A DNA stretch of 64,000 nucleotides from Deltaproteobacteria bacterium (GTDB lineage Bacteria > Myxococcota_A > Polyangia > Fen-1088). The translations under genes were made by a program, and so were the position numbers. Positions 47,307 through 56,281 of this stretch are shown here, piece by piece. Position 1 is the first letter of the stretch. The number at the start of each line of letters is the position of its first letter. Below the pieces are notes generated by a model that was given only the letters and a program-made list of their open reading frames with translations, did no database searches and was not told the DNA's origin. The stretch lies in assembly GCA_033763315.1 (NCBI GenBank), contig JANRKS010000032.1, forward strand, positions 256,001 to 320,000. Direction: 5' to 3'.

Positions 47307-48248
47307 TCACTGGGGCCGTGCCAGACGCAACAGAGGGCCGATTCGCAGATCAAGCGGCGCCGACGTGCGATACATGTCGCCGTCGATGGTGTAGGGCATG
47401 TCGGGTTGGGTTGGGTGCAGCCGCACGTGGCTTGCCAGCAGGCTGTCGGCGCGCGCCGGAGAAATGCCTTGCCCGAGGCGCACGGGCAGCAGATCCACCA
47501 ACAGCTCTAGGGGCTGGCCCTTGACCACCACCAAATTGAAGCGATCGGGATCTTCATCGGCCCGGTTGTGCAGCTTGAACCCCAAACCCACTTCGCGAAC
47601 GGTGGCGGCACACACGGCGGTGAAGCTGCGGCCGGGGTGCGGGAGCCCATCCACCTCGATGAGGCCCTCGAACGGCGGCAGGGTGTGTTTGCCATAAGCG
47701 CTGCCTGTGACCTTCGACGACATCGCACGCACGCCGATCCATAAGGCGCGGCTGGCGCCATAGCTGCCGGTGGAATAATACTCATCAAGAAAGCCGGCCA
47801 CGCTGCCGTTGCCGAACACGAACCCATAGTGGGCGCCAACCTGGAGGCACCGCCGTGCCACGATGTCGGGCGCGCGGCCTGCCCGTTGGCAAGCGGCTAG
47901 GTGCTCCATGAAGGCCACGGGTGGGGCCGCCAGACCCAAAGATCGCGGCACCACGTTCATGGTTCCCCCCGTCAGCAGCGCCAACGGGGGCAACGGGCGA
48001 TCGCCCGCGGCTGCGAAGGCGGGGATGAGGCGGGTGATGACGCTGTGGACGGTGCCGTCACCGCCATGGATGGCGATGATGTCGGGCGGCGCTTGCGCCA
48101 GGCTCACCGCCAAATCGGCGACCGCGTCCAGGCTTGGCGGGCTGAATACCTGACCCGTCTCCCCCATGGCGCGCGCCAAGGCATGAATGCCGTCCGGGTT
48201 CTTGCGGTTGGCGCGGGAGCGCGGGTTTATGAACAGGGCGATGCCCAC
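47307..48248 (-). CDS. Diacylglycerol/lipid kinase family protein
   Basis: FINPRS, GGDGT, LALLTGGTMN, YTIDGD; start taken as GTG 48248. Confidence 0.88.
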   Translation of the reverse strand: MGIALFINPRSRANRKNPDGIHALARAMGETGQVFSPPSLDAVADLAVSLAQAPPDIIAIHGGDGTVHSVITRLIPAFAAAGDRPLPPLALLTGGTMNVVPRSLGLAAPPVAFMEHLAACQRAGRAPDIVARRCLQVGAHYGFVFGNGSVAGFLDEYYSTGSYGASRALWIGVRAMSSKVTGSAYGKHTLPPFEGLIEVDGLPHPGRSFTAVCAATVREVGLGFKLHNRADEDPDRFNLVVVKGQPLELLVDLLPVRLGQGISPARADSLLASHVRLHPTQPDMPYTIDGDMYRTSAPLDLRIGPLLRLARPQ

Positions 48249-48398
48249 GCGGCAATGTAAACCCTGTAGACGCCGTGGCCGCAAGGTCTCGCCCCAACAT
48301 TTGGTCCAAATGCCACGACGCGCCTCAATAACAAGGCTGTTCTTCCGATGATCATGGGTGAACGCGGACGCCTTTGCGGCGTGCTGTCGTTGTGTTCC

Positions 48399-50177
48399 AT
48401 GGGAAGCCCGAGCCTCGTGACCGAACCGCAAGACCCAACACCGGCGGCTGAAGGCAGCCTTGCAGACCGACCGATTCCACGTTTGATCCAGCAGCTTTAC
48501 CGCAAGCGGGTGACAGGAAGGTTGTGCCTGCAGGACGATTCCGGCGACGAAAGTGTGGTGTATCTGCGCGAGGGCTCTGCTGTGCACATCGAGCGGCCGA
48601 ACGATCTCGACCGGCTCGATCGCGTGTTGGCAGAGACGGGTTTGGTTTCTGAGCGGGTGTTGCAACGGGCCGAAGAGCTGTCACGCCAGCAACACAAGCG
48701 GCTTGGCCTGGTGCTTGTGGAAATCGGCGCGCTGGCGCCGGACGTGCTTTCTGATGCCATTCGCGCGCAGCTGCGACGCAAGCTCATCCGGTTGTTCTTC
48801 GTGCGCAAAGGGCGTTACGAGATCTATCTGCACGAACACGATTTCGGCAAAGACGATGAACTGGCCCGCATCCGCCTGGATCCACGCAGCTTGATCTACC
48901 CAGGCATTCGCACCGCTTATGATGACGTGCGTCTGATGGAAGAGTTGCGGCCCCTTGTGGGCTTCGGCTTTCGATTGGTGACGCTGCCGCCGGGTTTCCT
49001 GGAAGCCATGGGCATGTCGGCCACGGATCCCGCCGTGAAATTGTTGTACGAGCGGCTGCTGCAGTTGGACGAGCTTGGCACCATCGGAAGCAAACCTTCC
49101 GACAGCCGCGCCGCCGTTTTGGCTTTGCTGTACTCGGATCTGCTTGAGACTGAACGCCTGCCTGACATGACGCCTGCCCGTGTGCAGCCCCTTGATGGAG
49201 GCGCGCAATCGCGTGTGGCGCGATCCTTATCCCCGGTGCCATCGCCGCGAACCCCGTCCAAACCGCCACGGATCACGCCTTTGCCCACGGGTGCGGGGCG
49301 CAACGGGGGTTTGGCGCCTCCGCCTCCGCGCATTCGCGTGGGTAGCGGTGACGCTGTTCCTCAGCCCATCCCCGCCACGAATTCAGCCGCCGTGGCTGCG
49401 GGCGCCGAGATTCGCAAGAAGGTGGAGGCGCTGATGCCCAAGATCGACGACATGACGTTGTTCGAGTTGTTGGGTCTCTCTGAAGCCGCGACGCCCGAAC
49501 AAGTGAGCGCCGCTTATATGTCCGGCGTGCGGCAGTTTCATCCTGATCGGTTGATGGGCCTCGGCCTTGGAGAGCTCACCAAGGAAGCCGAACGCATCAT
49601 GGCTCGCTACGGCGAAGCCTCGGCTGTGCTTTCAGACCCAAAGCGACGCTCGGATTACGTTCGCAAGCTGCGCGGACAACCCACCGAAGCAGAGACGGCT
49701 CGCAACATTTTGGAAGCGGAGCAATCTTTTAAGAATGGTGAAGTGGCGCTTAAACGCGGCGATTTTGCCAGGGCTTTAGAACGCTTCACCGACGCCGTGA
49801 AACGCAACCCAGCCGAAGGCGAATACCGGGCCTACTTGGCTTGGTGCCGTTACAGCGATTCAGCTTCAAGCAAGAACATGCTGGCCGCTGACACGATCCG
49901 CATCATTCGCGATGCCTTGCACGAACGAAAACACTTCGCGCGCGGGCATTATTGGATCGGCGAGATCTTAAAGCTCACAGGCGATATGGAAGGCGCCGAA
50001 AAAGCGTTCAAAGACTGCCTTGAGATCGACAAAGACTTTATCGAAGCGCAGCGCGAACTGCGTTTGATCGAGATGCGGCGAAACAAACCCAAAACGCGCG
50101 AAGTCAGCACCACAGAGCCCACCGCCAGCAAAACGGGTGGCGCGCAGGCTCTGTTGAACAAGTGGCTGCGACGCTGA
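48399..50177 (+). CDS. DUF4388 + J-domain + TPR protein (start uncertain)
   Basis: EGSLADRPIPRLI...TGRL; Pro-rich linker; LFELLGL...FHPDRL (HPD motif); C-terminal TPRs ending AQRELRLI. Confidence 0.88.
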   Translation: MGSPSLVTEPQDPTPAAEGSLADRPIPRLIQQLYRKRVTGRLCLQDDSGDESVVYLREGSAVHIERPNDLDRLDRVLAETGLVSERVLQRAEELSRQQHKRLGLVLVEIGALAPDVLSDAIRAQLRRKLIRLFFVRKGRYEIYLHEHDFGKDDELARIRLDPRSLIYPGIRTAYDDVRLMEELRPLVGFGFRLVTLPPGFLEAMGMSATDPAVKLLYERLLQLDELGTIGSKPSDSRAAVLALLYSDLLETERLPDMTPARVQPLDGGAQSRVARSLSPVPSPRTPSKPPRITPLPTGAGRNGGLAPPPPRIRVGSGDAVPQPIPATNSAAVAAGAEIRKKVEALMPKIDDMTLFELLGLSEAATPEQVSAAYMSGVRQFHPDRLMGLGLGELTKEAERIMARYGEASAVLSDPKRRSDYVRKLRGQPTEAETARNILEAEQSFKNGEVALKRGDFARALERFTDAVKRNPAEGEYRAYLAWCRYSDSASSKNMLAADTIRIIRDALHERKHFARGHYWIGEILKLTGDMEGAEKAFKDCLEIDKDFIEAQRELRLIEMRRNKPKTREVSTTEPTASKTGGAQALLNKWLRR

Positions 50178-50198
50178 GGCCAGCGGCGCGGCGTTTGC

Positions 50199-50531
50199 CT
50201 ATTCGTCGCCGGCGTCAGCTTCGGGCTCGCCCTCGCCCGATTCGGTCATCAACGGGAACCACTGCTCAAACACGCCGGTGATTTGCTTGGCTTGCTTGAC
50301 GGAGGAGACGTTGAAGTTCGATTGTTTGCGGTAAGAGCCTTTGAACTTCTTGAACCGCACGATCGATATCTTGGGCGCGCGGAACTTGCCCGTGTTCTTA
50401 TCCAGCTCTTGGTAAAGGAACATAATGGTGGCCCAGGTGCCCTTGGTGAGCACTTCCTTGGCCAGTTGTTTGCGGACCAATACACCTTGGTCCTCGTAAT
50501 CGTATGTCAGCTCTTCAAGCGTTTCAGCCAT
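50199..50531 (-). CDS. Conserved hypothetical protein
   Basis: Compact ORF with plausible RBS and host-like codons; KEVLTKGTWATIMFLYQE...YRKQSNFNVSS recalled as a deltaproteobacterial hypothetical. Confidence 0.8.
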   Translation of the reverse strand: MAETLEELTYDYEDQGVLVRKQLAKEVLTKGTWATIMFLYQELDKNTGKFRAPKISIVRFKKFKGSYRKQSNFNVSSVKQAKQITGVFEQWFPLMTESGEGEPEADAGDE

Positions 50532-50572
50532 CGTGATTCCTTGGTGGTTCCTTTGGGGGGCCCCTGTTTACG

Positions 50573-50932
50573 TCACGAGCTGGTCGCCGACAAGGTCATC
50601 AAGCTAAGAAGCAACGATTTACGGTCAGAGTCAGCCAAACGGACGAATTCGATGCCCATGCCACCTTGCCCCTGGCTTTGGTTGGTGCGCACCACGCGCG
50701 CCGTGGCTTTGATGGTGCGGCCGCCGGGCAGGGCAATGTCCACGTTCACGATTTCGCCCTCCTCAAGCAACAGATCCGAGCGCAAAAACGCGCCGCCTTC
50801 GGATAAGTCTCCTGAGGGGAACTGCAACTGGCCCACCACTTTGGGGCCATCCACCGTGGAAACGTTGATGGTCAATTCAGCGCGACGCCGGGCGTGCTTG
50901 CGCTGATCTTTGCGGCCTTGTGTGGCTTTCAC
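50573..50932 (-). CDS. PilZ domain protein (c-di-GMP binding motifs intact)
   Basis: RKHAR (RxxxR), DLSEGG (DxSxxG), GMGIEF; GTG 50932. Confidence 0.88.
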   Translation of the reverse strand: MKATQGRKDQRKHARRRAELTINVSTVDGPKVVGQLQFPSGDLSEGGAFLRSDLLLEEGEIVNVDIALPGGRTIKATARVVRTNQSQGQGGMGIEFVRLADSDRKSLLLSLMTLSATSS

Positions 50933-51840
50933 TGCGTAATTTCTACCAAAGCCGAAGCGCGGGTTTCCAGCGACAAACGGGCGGGTTCGCCGCCGATCTG
51001 CACGATCTGACGGTTTCTCCACACCACGTCCAAGGAGACAGGTGCGTGAGCCGCGGTGCCTATCAAGCGGTTCAGCAGTTCGGCGGGCACAGTCACGCGG
51101 CCTTCGCCACCCACGGGGCAGGCCGCCCACGTTGTGGCGCCAAACGGGCGCAGTTCCACGTACGAGCCCTTGGTGCCGGTGACGGTCAGCCGCAAGTCGG
51201 CACGGCTTGAGAACTTTTGCCCTGCAACGATGGCCATGCCATCGGCGCCCGTAACTTGGGGCAGGGTTGGCACTTGCAGCACCACGTCGCCGCCCGCTTC
51301 GGATTTGAGCGTGAGGCTGGGTGGCAGCTCGGCTAGATCTTCGGGGCCCGCTTCAGCAACCACGCCCGTGACCACGGAGGCGAGGTCGGGATAAACGCGA
51401 GGCACCGGCCGGAGGCTCGCGGTGGGGCCCAGCACCACCCAGAAGCGCGAGAGGCCTTCAAGTTCAACCGCGCCGCGCCCATCGCGCAACAAACGAATCG
51501 TTTCATCCACCTGGCGAAGGGCGCATTTGCCGTCGGGGCCGGCCACCATGAGGGGATCAACAGCACCCGCGACTTGTTCCGATTCGATGCCCACCACCTT
51601 GGCCTTGAACGCCACAAGGGACGCTGAGGGCAACCCGCCCGCAGGTGCATCCAAACGAACCACAAGTTCAGCCGTCTTTTGCCCACCCGCCGCGCTGCCT
51701 TCAGGATCGGCGTCGGGCAGCGAACGCGCGCTGCCGTCACAGGCGGCCACCCCAGCTGCCAAAAGCAGGGTGCAAAGCGCTTGGCGGCACACGCCAAGGC
51801 CTGTTTGTGACAAACGCGAGGCCGAAAATGCACGGTTCAT
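50929..51840 (-). CDS. Hypothetical lipoprotein
   Basis: ATG 51840; LLLAAGVAAC lipobox; stop overlaps the PilZ start. Confidence 0.7.
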   Translation of the reverse strand: MNRAFSASRLSQTGLGVCRQALCTLLLAAGVAACDGSARSLPDADPEGSAAGGQKTAELVVRLDAPAGGLPSASLVAFKAKVVGIESEQVAGAVDPLMVAGPDGKCALRQVDETIRLLRDGRGAVELEGLSRFWVVLGPTASLRPVPRVYPDLASVVTGVVAEAGPEDLAELPPSLTLKSEAGGDVVLQVPTLPQVTGADGMAIVAGQKFSSRADLRLTVTGTKGSYVELRPFGATTWAACPVGGEGRVTVPAELLNRLIGTAAHAPVSLDVVWRNRQIVQIGGEPARLSLETRASALVEITQ

Positions 51841-52048
51841 GGTGGGGACAAATCGGGAGGGGACGGATCGCAGTGTAGGACAAAAACGCGAACGAGGCGA
51901 ATTCGCCGCAGGGACATCCATTATAACGCCTGGCGCCGGCTCCGCTACGGTCGAATCTTGCGATAAACCAGGTCCCGCAAGGGCGCCAAGACTGGTAAAA
52001 CGCCGCAACACAAAACGGTGGCGAGGGCCACCGCGCATCCGAGGCACA

Positions 52049-52369
52049 ATGTCGCGAATCGATCCGAAGGAAGTTAGGCAGATTGCCGTCTTGGCGCGGC
52101 TGGGGCTCAGCGAAGCCGAGGTCACGAAGTTGACCCATGAGCTCGACGGCATCTTGGGCTACATCGCCGCCGTCCAAGGGGTGAACACCACGGGTGTTGA
52201 GCCGTTAACCCACGCGGTTGGGTTTGCGTGCCCGCTGCGTCCCGATGAGGTGCAGCCTTCGTTTGACAACGACGACGCTTTGGCGAACGCGCCTCGGCGC
52301 CACGAACGCTTCTTTGAAGTGCCACGCATCGTACCCGTGTCGGGCTCAAGCGACGGCGGGGGCTCGTGA
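52049..52369 (+). CDS. gatC: Asp/Glu-tRNA amidotransferase subunit C
   Basis: IDPKEVRQIAVLARL, ILGYI, TTGVEPL, LRPD, ALANAP, FFEVPRI; directly precedes gatA. Confidence 0.95.
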   Translation: MSRIDPKEVRQIAVLARLGLSEAEVTKLTHELDGILGYIAAVQGVNTTGVEPLTHAVGFACPLRPDEVQPSFDNDDALANAPRRHERFFEVPRIVPVSGSSDGGGS

Positions 52370-53847
52370 TGTCGACGGCCGCCATCGAAACGCTGTTGCT
52401 GGAACAGTCTGTGGTTGCCCAAGCGGAAGCCGTGCGGGGCGGCACCGTCAAGGCGCGCGACTTGGCTGAAGGCTACCTGGATCGCGTGGGCCGTTTCGAC
52501 AAAACCCTCGGATCCTTCCTGCTTGTGGACGGCGCCGGCGCTCGCGCCGCGGCAGATAAGGTGGATGCCGCCATCGCTGCGGGTCAACCCGGCGGACCGC
52601 TGGCTGGCGTGCCCTTGGGGATCAAAGACATTTTCGTGACCAAAGGCGTGGAGACCACAGCGGGCTCGCGCGTGTTGAAAGGCTTCATTCCGCCTTACGA
52701 GAGCACCGTGACCGCGCGCTTGGCCGCAGCGGGGGCGGTGTCTTTGGGCAAGCTGAACATGGACGAGTTCGCGATGGGCTCGTCAAATGAGAACAGTGCC
52801 TTTGGTCCCGTGCGCAACCCTTGGGACACCACGCGCGTTCCCGGCGGCTCGTCGGGCGGGTCAGCGGCCGCGGTGGCAGGCGGTTTGTGCGCAGCGAGCT
52901 TGGGCACTGACACAGGCGGCTCGATTCGCCAACCGGCTGCGTTCTGTGGCATCACCGGCTTAAAGCCCACCTACGGGCGCGTGTCACGTTATGGCGTGAT
53001 CGCCTTTGCCTCATCCTTGGATCACCCAGGGCCCTTTGGCCGCTCGGCCGAGGATGTGGCCGCGTTGATGGAGGTTATGGCGGGAGGCGATCCGATGGAC
53101 GCCACGTCCATCAGCGCTCCGGTGGGGCGTTACCAAGCGGCTTGCAAGGCGGGCCTCGCAGGTTTGCGTGTGGGCATGCCATCCGAATACTTTGCGGCCG
53201 GCATGGATCCGGCCGTCGAGGCGGCGGTGCGTGCGGGCATCGAACAGTTGGCGGCGTTGGGCGCGCAGGTGGTGCCCGTGACTTTGCCGCACACGCCTTA
53301 CGCCGTGCCCACTTACTATTTGGTGTGCACGGCCGAAGCGTCATCGAACTTGGCCCGCTACGACGGTGTGAAATATGGCCACCGCACCGAAACGGCGGCC
53401 TCGCTGGAGGAGCTGTATGCGCGCACGCGCGACGAAGGTTTCGGCCCCGAGCCGAAGCGTCGAATCGTGCTTGGCAACTACGTTCTGCGTTCGGGTTACT
53501 ACGACGCGTATTACGGCAAGGCACAACGCGTGCGCCGCTTGATCGCCAACGATTTCGCAAAGGCCTTCACTGAGTGTGATGTGTTGGCCACCCCCACCAC
53601 GCCGATGACGGCTTTCAAGTTGGGTGAAAAAACGGAGGATCCGTTGCAGATGTACTTGGCCGACATTTATACGGTGGCGCCCGCTTTGGCCGGCGTGCCA
53701 GCGATGGCGTTGCCATGTGGCTTCGCGGCTGGCTTGCCGATCGGCATGCAACTGATTGGCCCTCCGTTGGGTGAAGAAACTCTGTTCCGCGTTGCGGGCG
53801 CTTACCAGCGCGCCACCGATTGGCATACGCGCAGGCCATCGCTGTGA
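52366..53847 (+). CDS. gatA: Asp/Glu-tRNA amidotransferase subunit A
   Basis: GKLNMDEFAMGSS, GGSSGGS, GTDTGGSIRQPA, SSNLARYDG, KRRIVLG..VLRSGYYDAYY, MYLADIYT. Confidence 0.97.
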   Translation: MMSTAAIETLLLEQSVVAQAEAVRGGTVKARDLAEGYLDRVGRFDKTLGSFLLVDGAGARAAADKVDAAIAAGQPGGPLAGVPLGIKDIFVTKGVETTAGSRVLKGFIPPYESTVTARLAAAGAVSLGKLNMDEFAMGSSNENSAFGPVRNPWDTTRVPGGSSGGSAAAVAGGLCAASLGTDTGGSIRQPAAFCGITGLKPTYGRVSRYGVIAFASSLDHPGPFGRSAEDVAALMEVMAGGDPMDATSISAPVGRYQAACKAGLAGLRVGMPSEYFAAGMDPAVEAAVRAGIEQLAALGAQVVPVTLPHTPYAVPTYYLVCTAEASSNLARYDGVKYGHRTETAASLEELYARTRDEGFGPEPKRRIVLGNYVLRSGYYDAYYGKAQRVRRLIANDFAKAFTECDVLATPTTPMTAFKLGEKTEDPLQMYLADIYTVAPALAGVPAMALPCGFAAGLPIGMQLIGPPLGEETLFRVAGAYQRATDWHTRRPSL

Positions 53848-53872
53848 TGAACTTCATTCAAGAGAAAATTCC

Positions 53873-55324
53873 ATGTCTGTAACTCTTCTTGAAAAATACG
53901 AGCCGGTGATTGGCCTTGAGGTGCACGTGCAGCTGGCCACGCTCACCAAGATTTTCTCTGGCTCTTCTGCAAGCTTCGGCCTGGCGCCCAACGCGGCCAC
54001 CGATCCTGTGGTTCTTGGTTTGCCCGGAAGCCTGCCCGTGCTCAACAAAGCCGCGGTGCAGATGGCTGTGCGCTTGGGATTGGCGGTGGGCTCGCACATC
54101 CGGCCGGTGTGCCGGTTTTCCCGCAAACACTATTTTTATCCCGATTTGCCGAAGGGCTATCAAATCTCGCAATTCGACGAACCTTTGTGCGAAGGCGGCG
54201 CTGTGCGCTTTCGTTTCAACGGCGCGGATCACAGCGTGCCGCTCACACGCATCCACATGGAAGAAGACGCCGGCAAGAACATCCATGCCGAAGGCGGCGT
54301 GTCTTACGTGGACTACAACCGCGCGGGCGTGCCGTTGTGCGAGGTTGTGAGTGAGCCTGCCCTGCGCTCTGCGGATGAGGCCGCCGAATATCTGCGCGCC
54401 TTGCGGACGTTGATCCGATACTTGGGCATCAGCGATGGCAACATGGAGGAAGGCTCCATGCGCTGTGACGCCAACGTGTCGCTGCGTTTGCGCGGCGCCA
54501 CAAAATTGGGCACGCGGGCTGAACTCAAAAACATCAACAGCTTCAAGAACGTCAAAGAAGCCATCGAGCACGAGATTCGTCGTCAAGCTGGCATTTTGGA
54601 TCGCGGCGAAGCCGTGGTGCAGGAAACGAGATTGTGGGACGCCGTGCGTGGGCGTTCGCAATCCATGCGTTCAAAAGAAGAAGCGCACGACTACCGTTAT
54701 TTTCCGGAGCCCGATCTGCCGCCTTTGCAAGTGGACGAAGCGTGGCGGCAGGCGGCTTTGGCCGGCTTGCCCGAACTGCCCGAGCAGCGCTTCGTGCGCT
54801 ACACAACGGTGCTGGGGCTCTCCGCGCAAGATGCGGGCGTGCTCGTCAATGAGCGCGAGATCAGTGATTACTTCGACGCTGTGGTGGGCAAGAGTCCGGC
54901 TGAAGGCGTGGGCAAAAAAGCCGCCAACTGGGTGGTGAACGAAGTGTTGGCACGCGTGGAAGATCCACGCGCGTTGGGCCAGGACGTCCCCGTGCCACCC
55001 GACGCGTTGGCCGAATTGGTGGACCTCATCGAAAAGGGCACGCTTTCGGGCAAGCTGGCCAAAGACGTGTTTGGGCGCATGTGGACGGAAAAACGCCGCG
55101 CCAGCGACATCGTTGCCAAAGAAAGTGTGGCGCAAGTCTCTGACGAGGGCGTGATCGAAGCGGCCTGCAAACAAGTGATTGAAGCGAATCCGAAAGAGGC
55201 AGAACGCTACCGCGCAGGCGATAAGAAACTGGTGGGCTTCTTCGTAGGCCAGATCATGAAGCTCACGGAAGGCAAAGCCAACCCGAAGGCCGTGAACCAA
55301 ATCCTGGCCAAGTTGCTGTCGTAG
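53873..55324 (+). CDS. gatB: Asp/Glu-tRNA amidotransferase subunit B
   Basis: VIGLEVHVQL, RKHYFYPDLPKGYQISQ, HMEEDAGK, DYNRAG, RCDANVS, ELKNINS, YRYFPEPDL, GKANP; ATG 53873. Confidence 0.97.
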   Translation: MSVTLLEKYEPVIGLEVHVQLATLTKIFSGSSASFGLAPNAATDPVVLGLPGSLPVLNKAAVQMAVRLGLAVGSHIRPVCRFSRKHYFYPDLPKGYQISQFDEPLCEGGAVRFRFNGADHSVPLTRIHMEEDAGKNIHAEGGVSYVDYNRAGVPLCEVVSEPALRSADEAAEYLRALRTLIRYLGISDGNMEEGSMRCDANVSLRLRGATKLGTRAELKNINSFKNVKEAIEHEIRRQAGILDRGEAVVQETRLWDAVRGRSQSMRSKEEAHDYRYFPEPDLPPLQVDEAWRQAALAGLPELPEQRFVRYTTVLGLSAQDAGVLVNEREISDYFDAVVGKSPAEGVGKKAANWVVNEVLARVEDPRALGQDVPVPPDALAELVDLIEKGTLSGKLAKDVFGRMWTEKRRASDIVAKESVAQVSDEGVIEAACKQVIEANPKEAERYRAGDKKLVGFFVGQIMKLTEGKANPKAVNQILAKLLS

Positions 55325-55336
55325 GGAGCTTGGCCT

Positions 55337-56077
55337 ATGCCTCGCACGCGCAAATTGGCATCTTTGTCCGAGGCCTTTCCCAGCGTGCAGGCGCTGACCG
55401 CCACGTTGAAAGGCGAGGGCACGCTTGTGCGTGCGGAGCGCGAGAAGGCCTATCTCAAAAGCGATCTCAAGTTCTTGGGCGTCAGCGTGCCGCAGGTGCG
55501 CGCGCATGCCAAAGCGCTGCATAAGCAAACGCCCCATGCGGACCGCGAGACGGTTTTGTCGTTCGCCGAAGCGATGTGGGCCACGCGCATTCACGAGCTG
55601 AGATCGCTGGCCATCAATGTTCTGGCTTTGAAGGTGCAGGTGCTGCGCCCGGAGGATTTGAAGATCATCGAAACGATGTTGCGCTCGGCACGCACGTGGG
55701 CCCACGTGGATGAATTGGCCACGCAGGTGGTGGCCCCCCTGTGTGACGCGCGACCGGCGGGGCTGCGCATTGTGGCCCGTTGGCAACGTGATGAAGATTT
55801 CTGGATGAGGCGCACGGCATTGTTGGCGTTGCTGCCGGCTCTGCGCAAAGGCGGCGGTGATTTTGCCTTGTTCGAGAAGTGGGCCGCGCCTTTGCTCGAA
55901 GAAAAAGAATTCTTCATTCGCAAAGCCATCGGCTGGGTTCTGCGCGAAGTTTCAAAGAAGCGGCCGAAGCTGGTGTTTGTGTTTCTGCAAAAGCACCGCG
56001 AGCGCGTGTCGGGGCTCACGATGCGCGAAGGAAAGAAATATTTGCCGGCGGAATGGCAAGCCAAGCTGGTGGCTTAA
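55337..56077 (+). CDS. DNA alkylation repair protein (AlkD-like)
   Basis: AYLKS..FLGVSVP, WAHVDELA, DFWMRRTA, EFFIRKAIGWVLRE, LTMREG.KY. Confidence 0.9.
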   Translation: MPRTRKLASLSEAFPSVQALTATLKGEGTLVRAEREKAYLKSDLKFLGVSVPQVRAHAKALHKQTPHADRETVLSFAEAMWATRIHELRSLAINVLALKVQVLRPEDLKIIETMLRSARTWAHVDELATQVVAPLCDARPAGLRIVARWQRDEDFWMRRTALLALLPALRKGGGDFALFEKWAAPLLEEKEFFIRKAIGWVLREVSKKRPKLVFVFLQKHRERVSGLTMREGKKYLPAEWQAKLVA

Positions 56078-56281
56078 CGGGGTTTTCACCTGGCATAACG
56101 CCCCAGCATGGGGCCGTGGGGGCTTGTTCGCGGCGGGCTCGCCCAAGGGCGTATGAACCTTGTGGCCTCCCGTATCACACATCGGTTACGGCCCGGTAGC
56201 GTCATGCCGCGTTGACAGCGCCAACCCGAACGCGCTCCAATTTCTTAGGACCGCACCTTTGGTGACGCGCCCGGCCCGCCG

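Noticed and set aside
51960-52000. SRP RNA (CAGGTCC-GNRA-GG resemblance)
   Set aside because: It lacks the AGCAG side of the conserved internal loop and the long closing helix.
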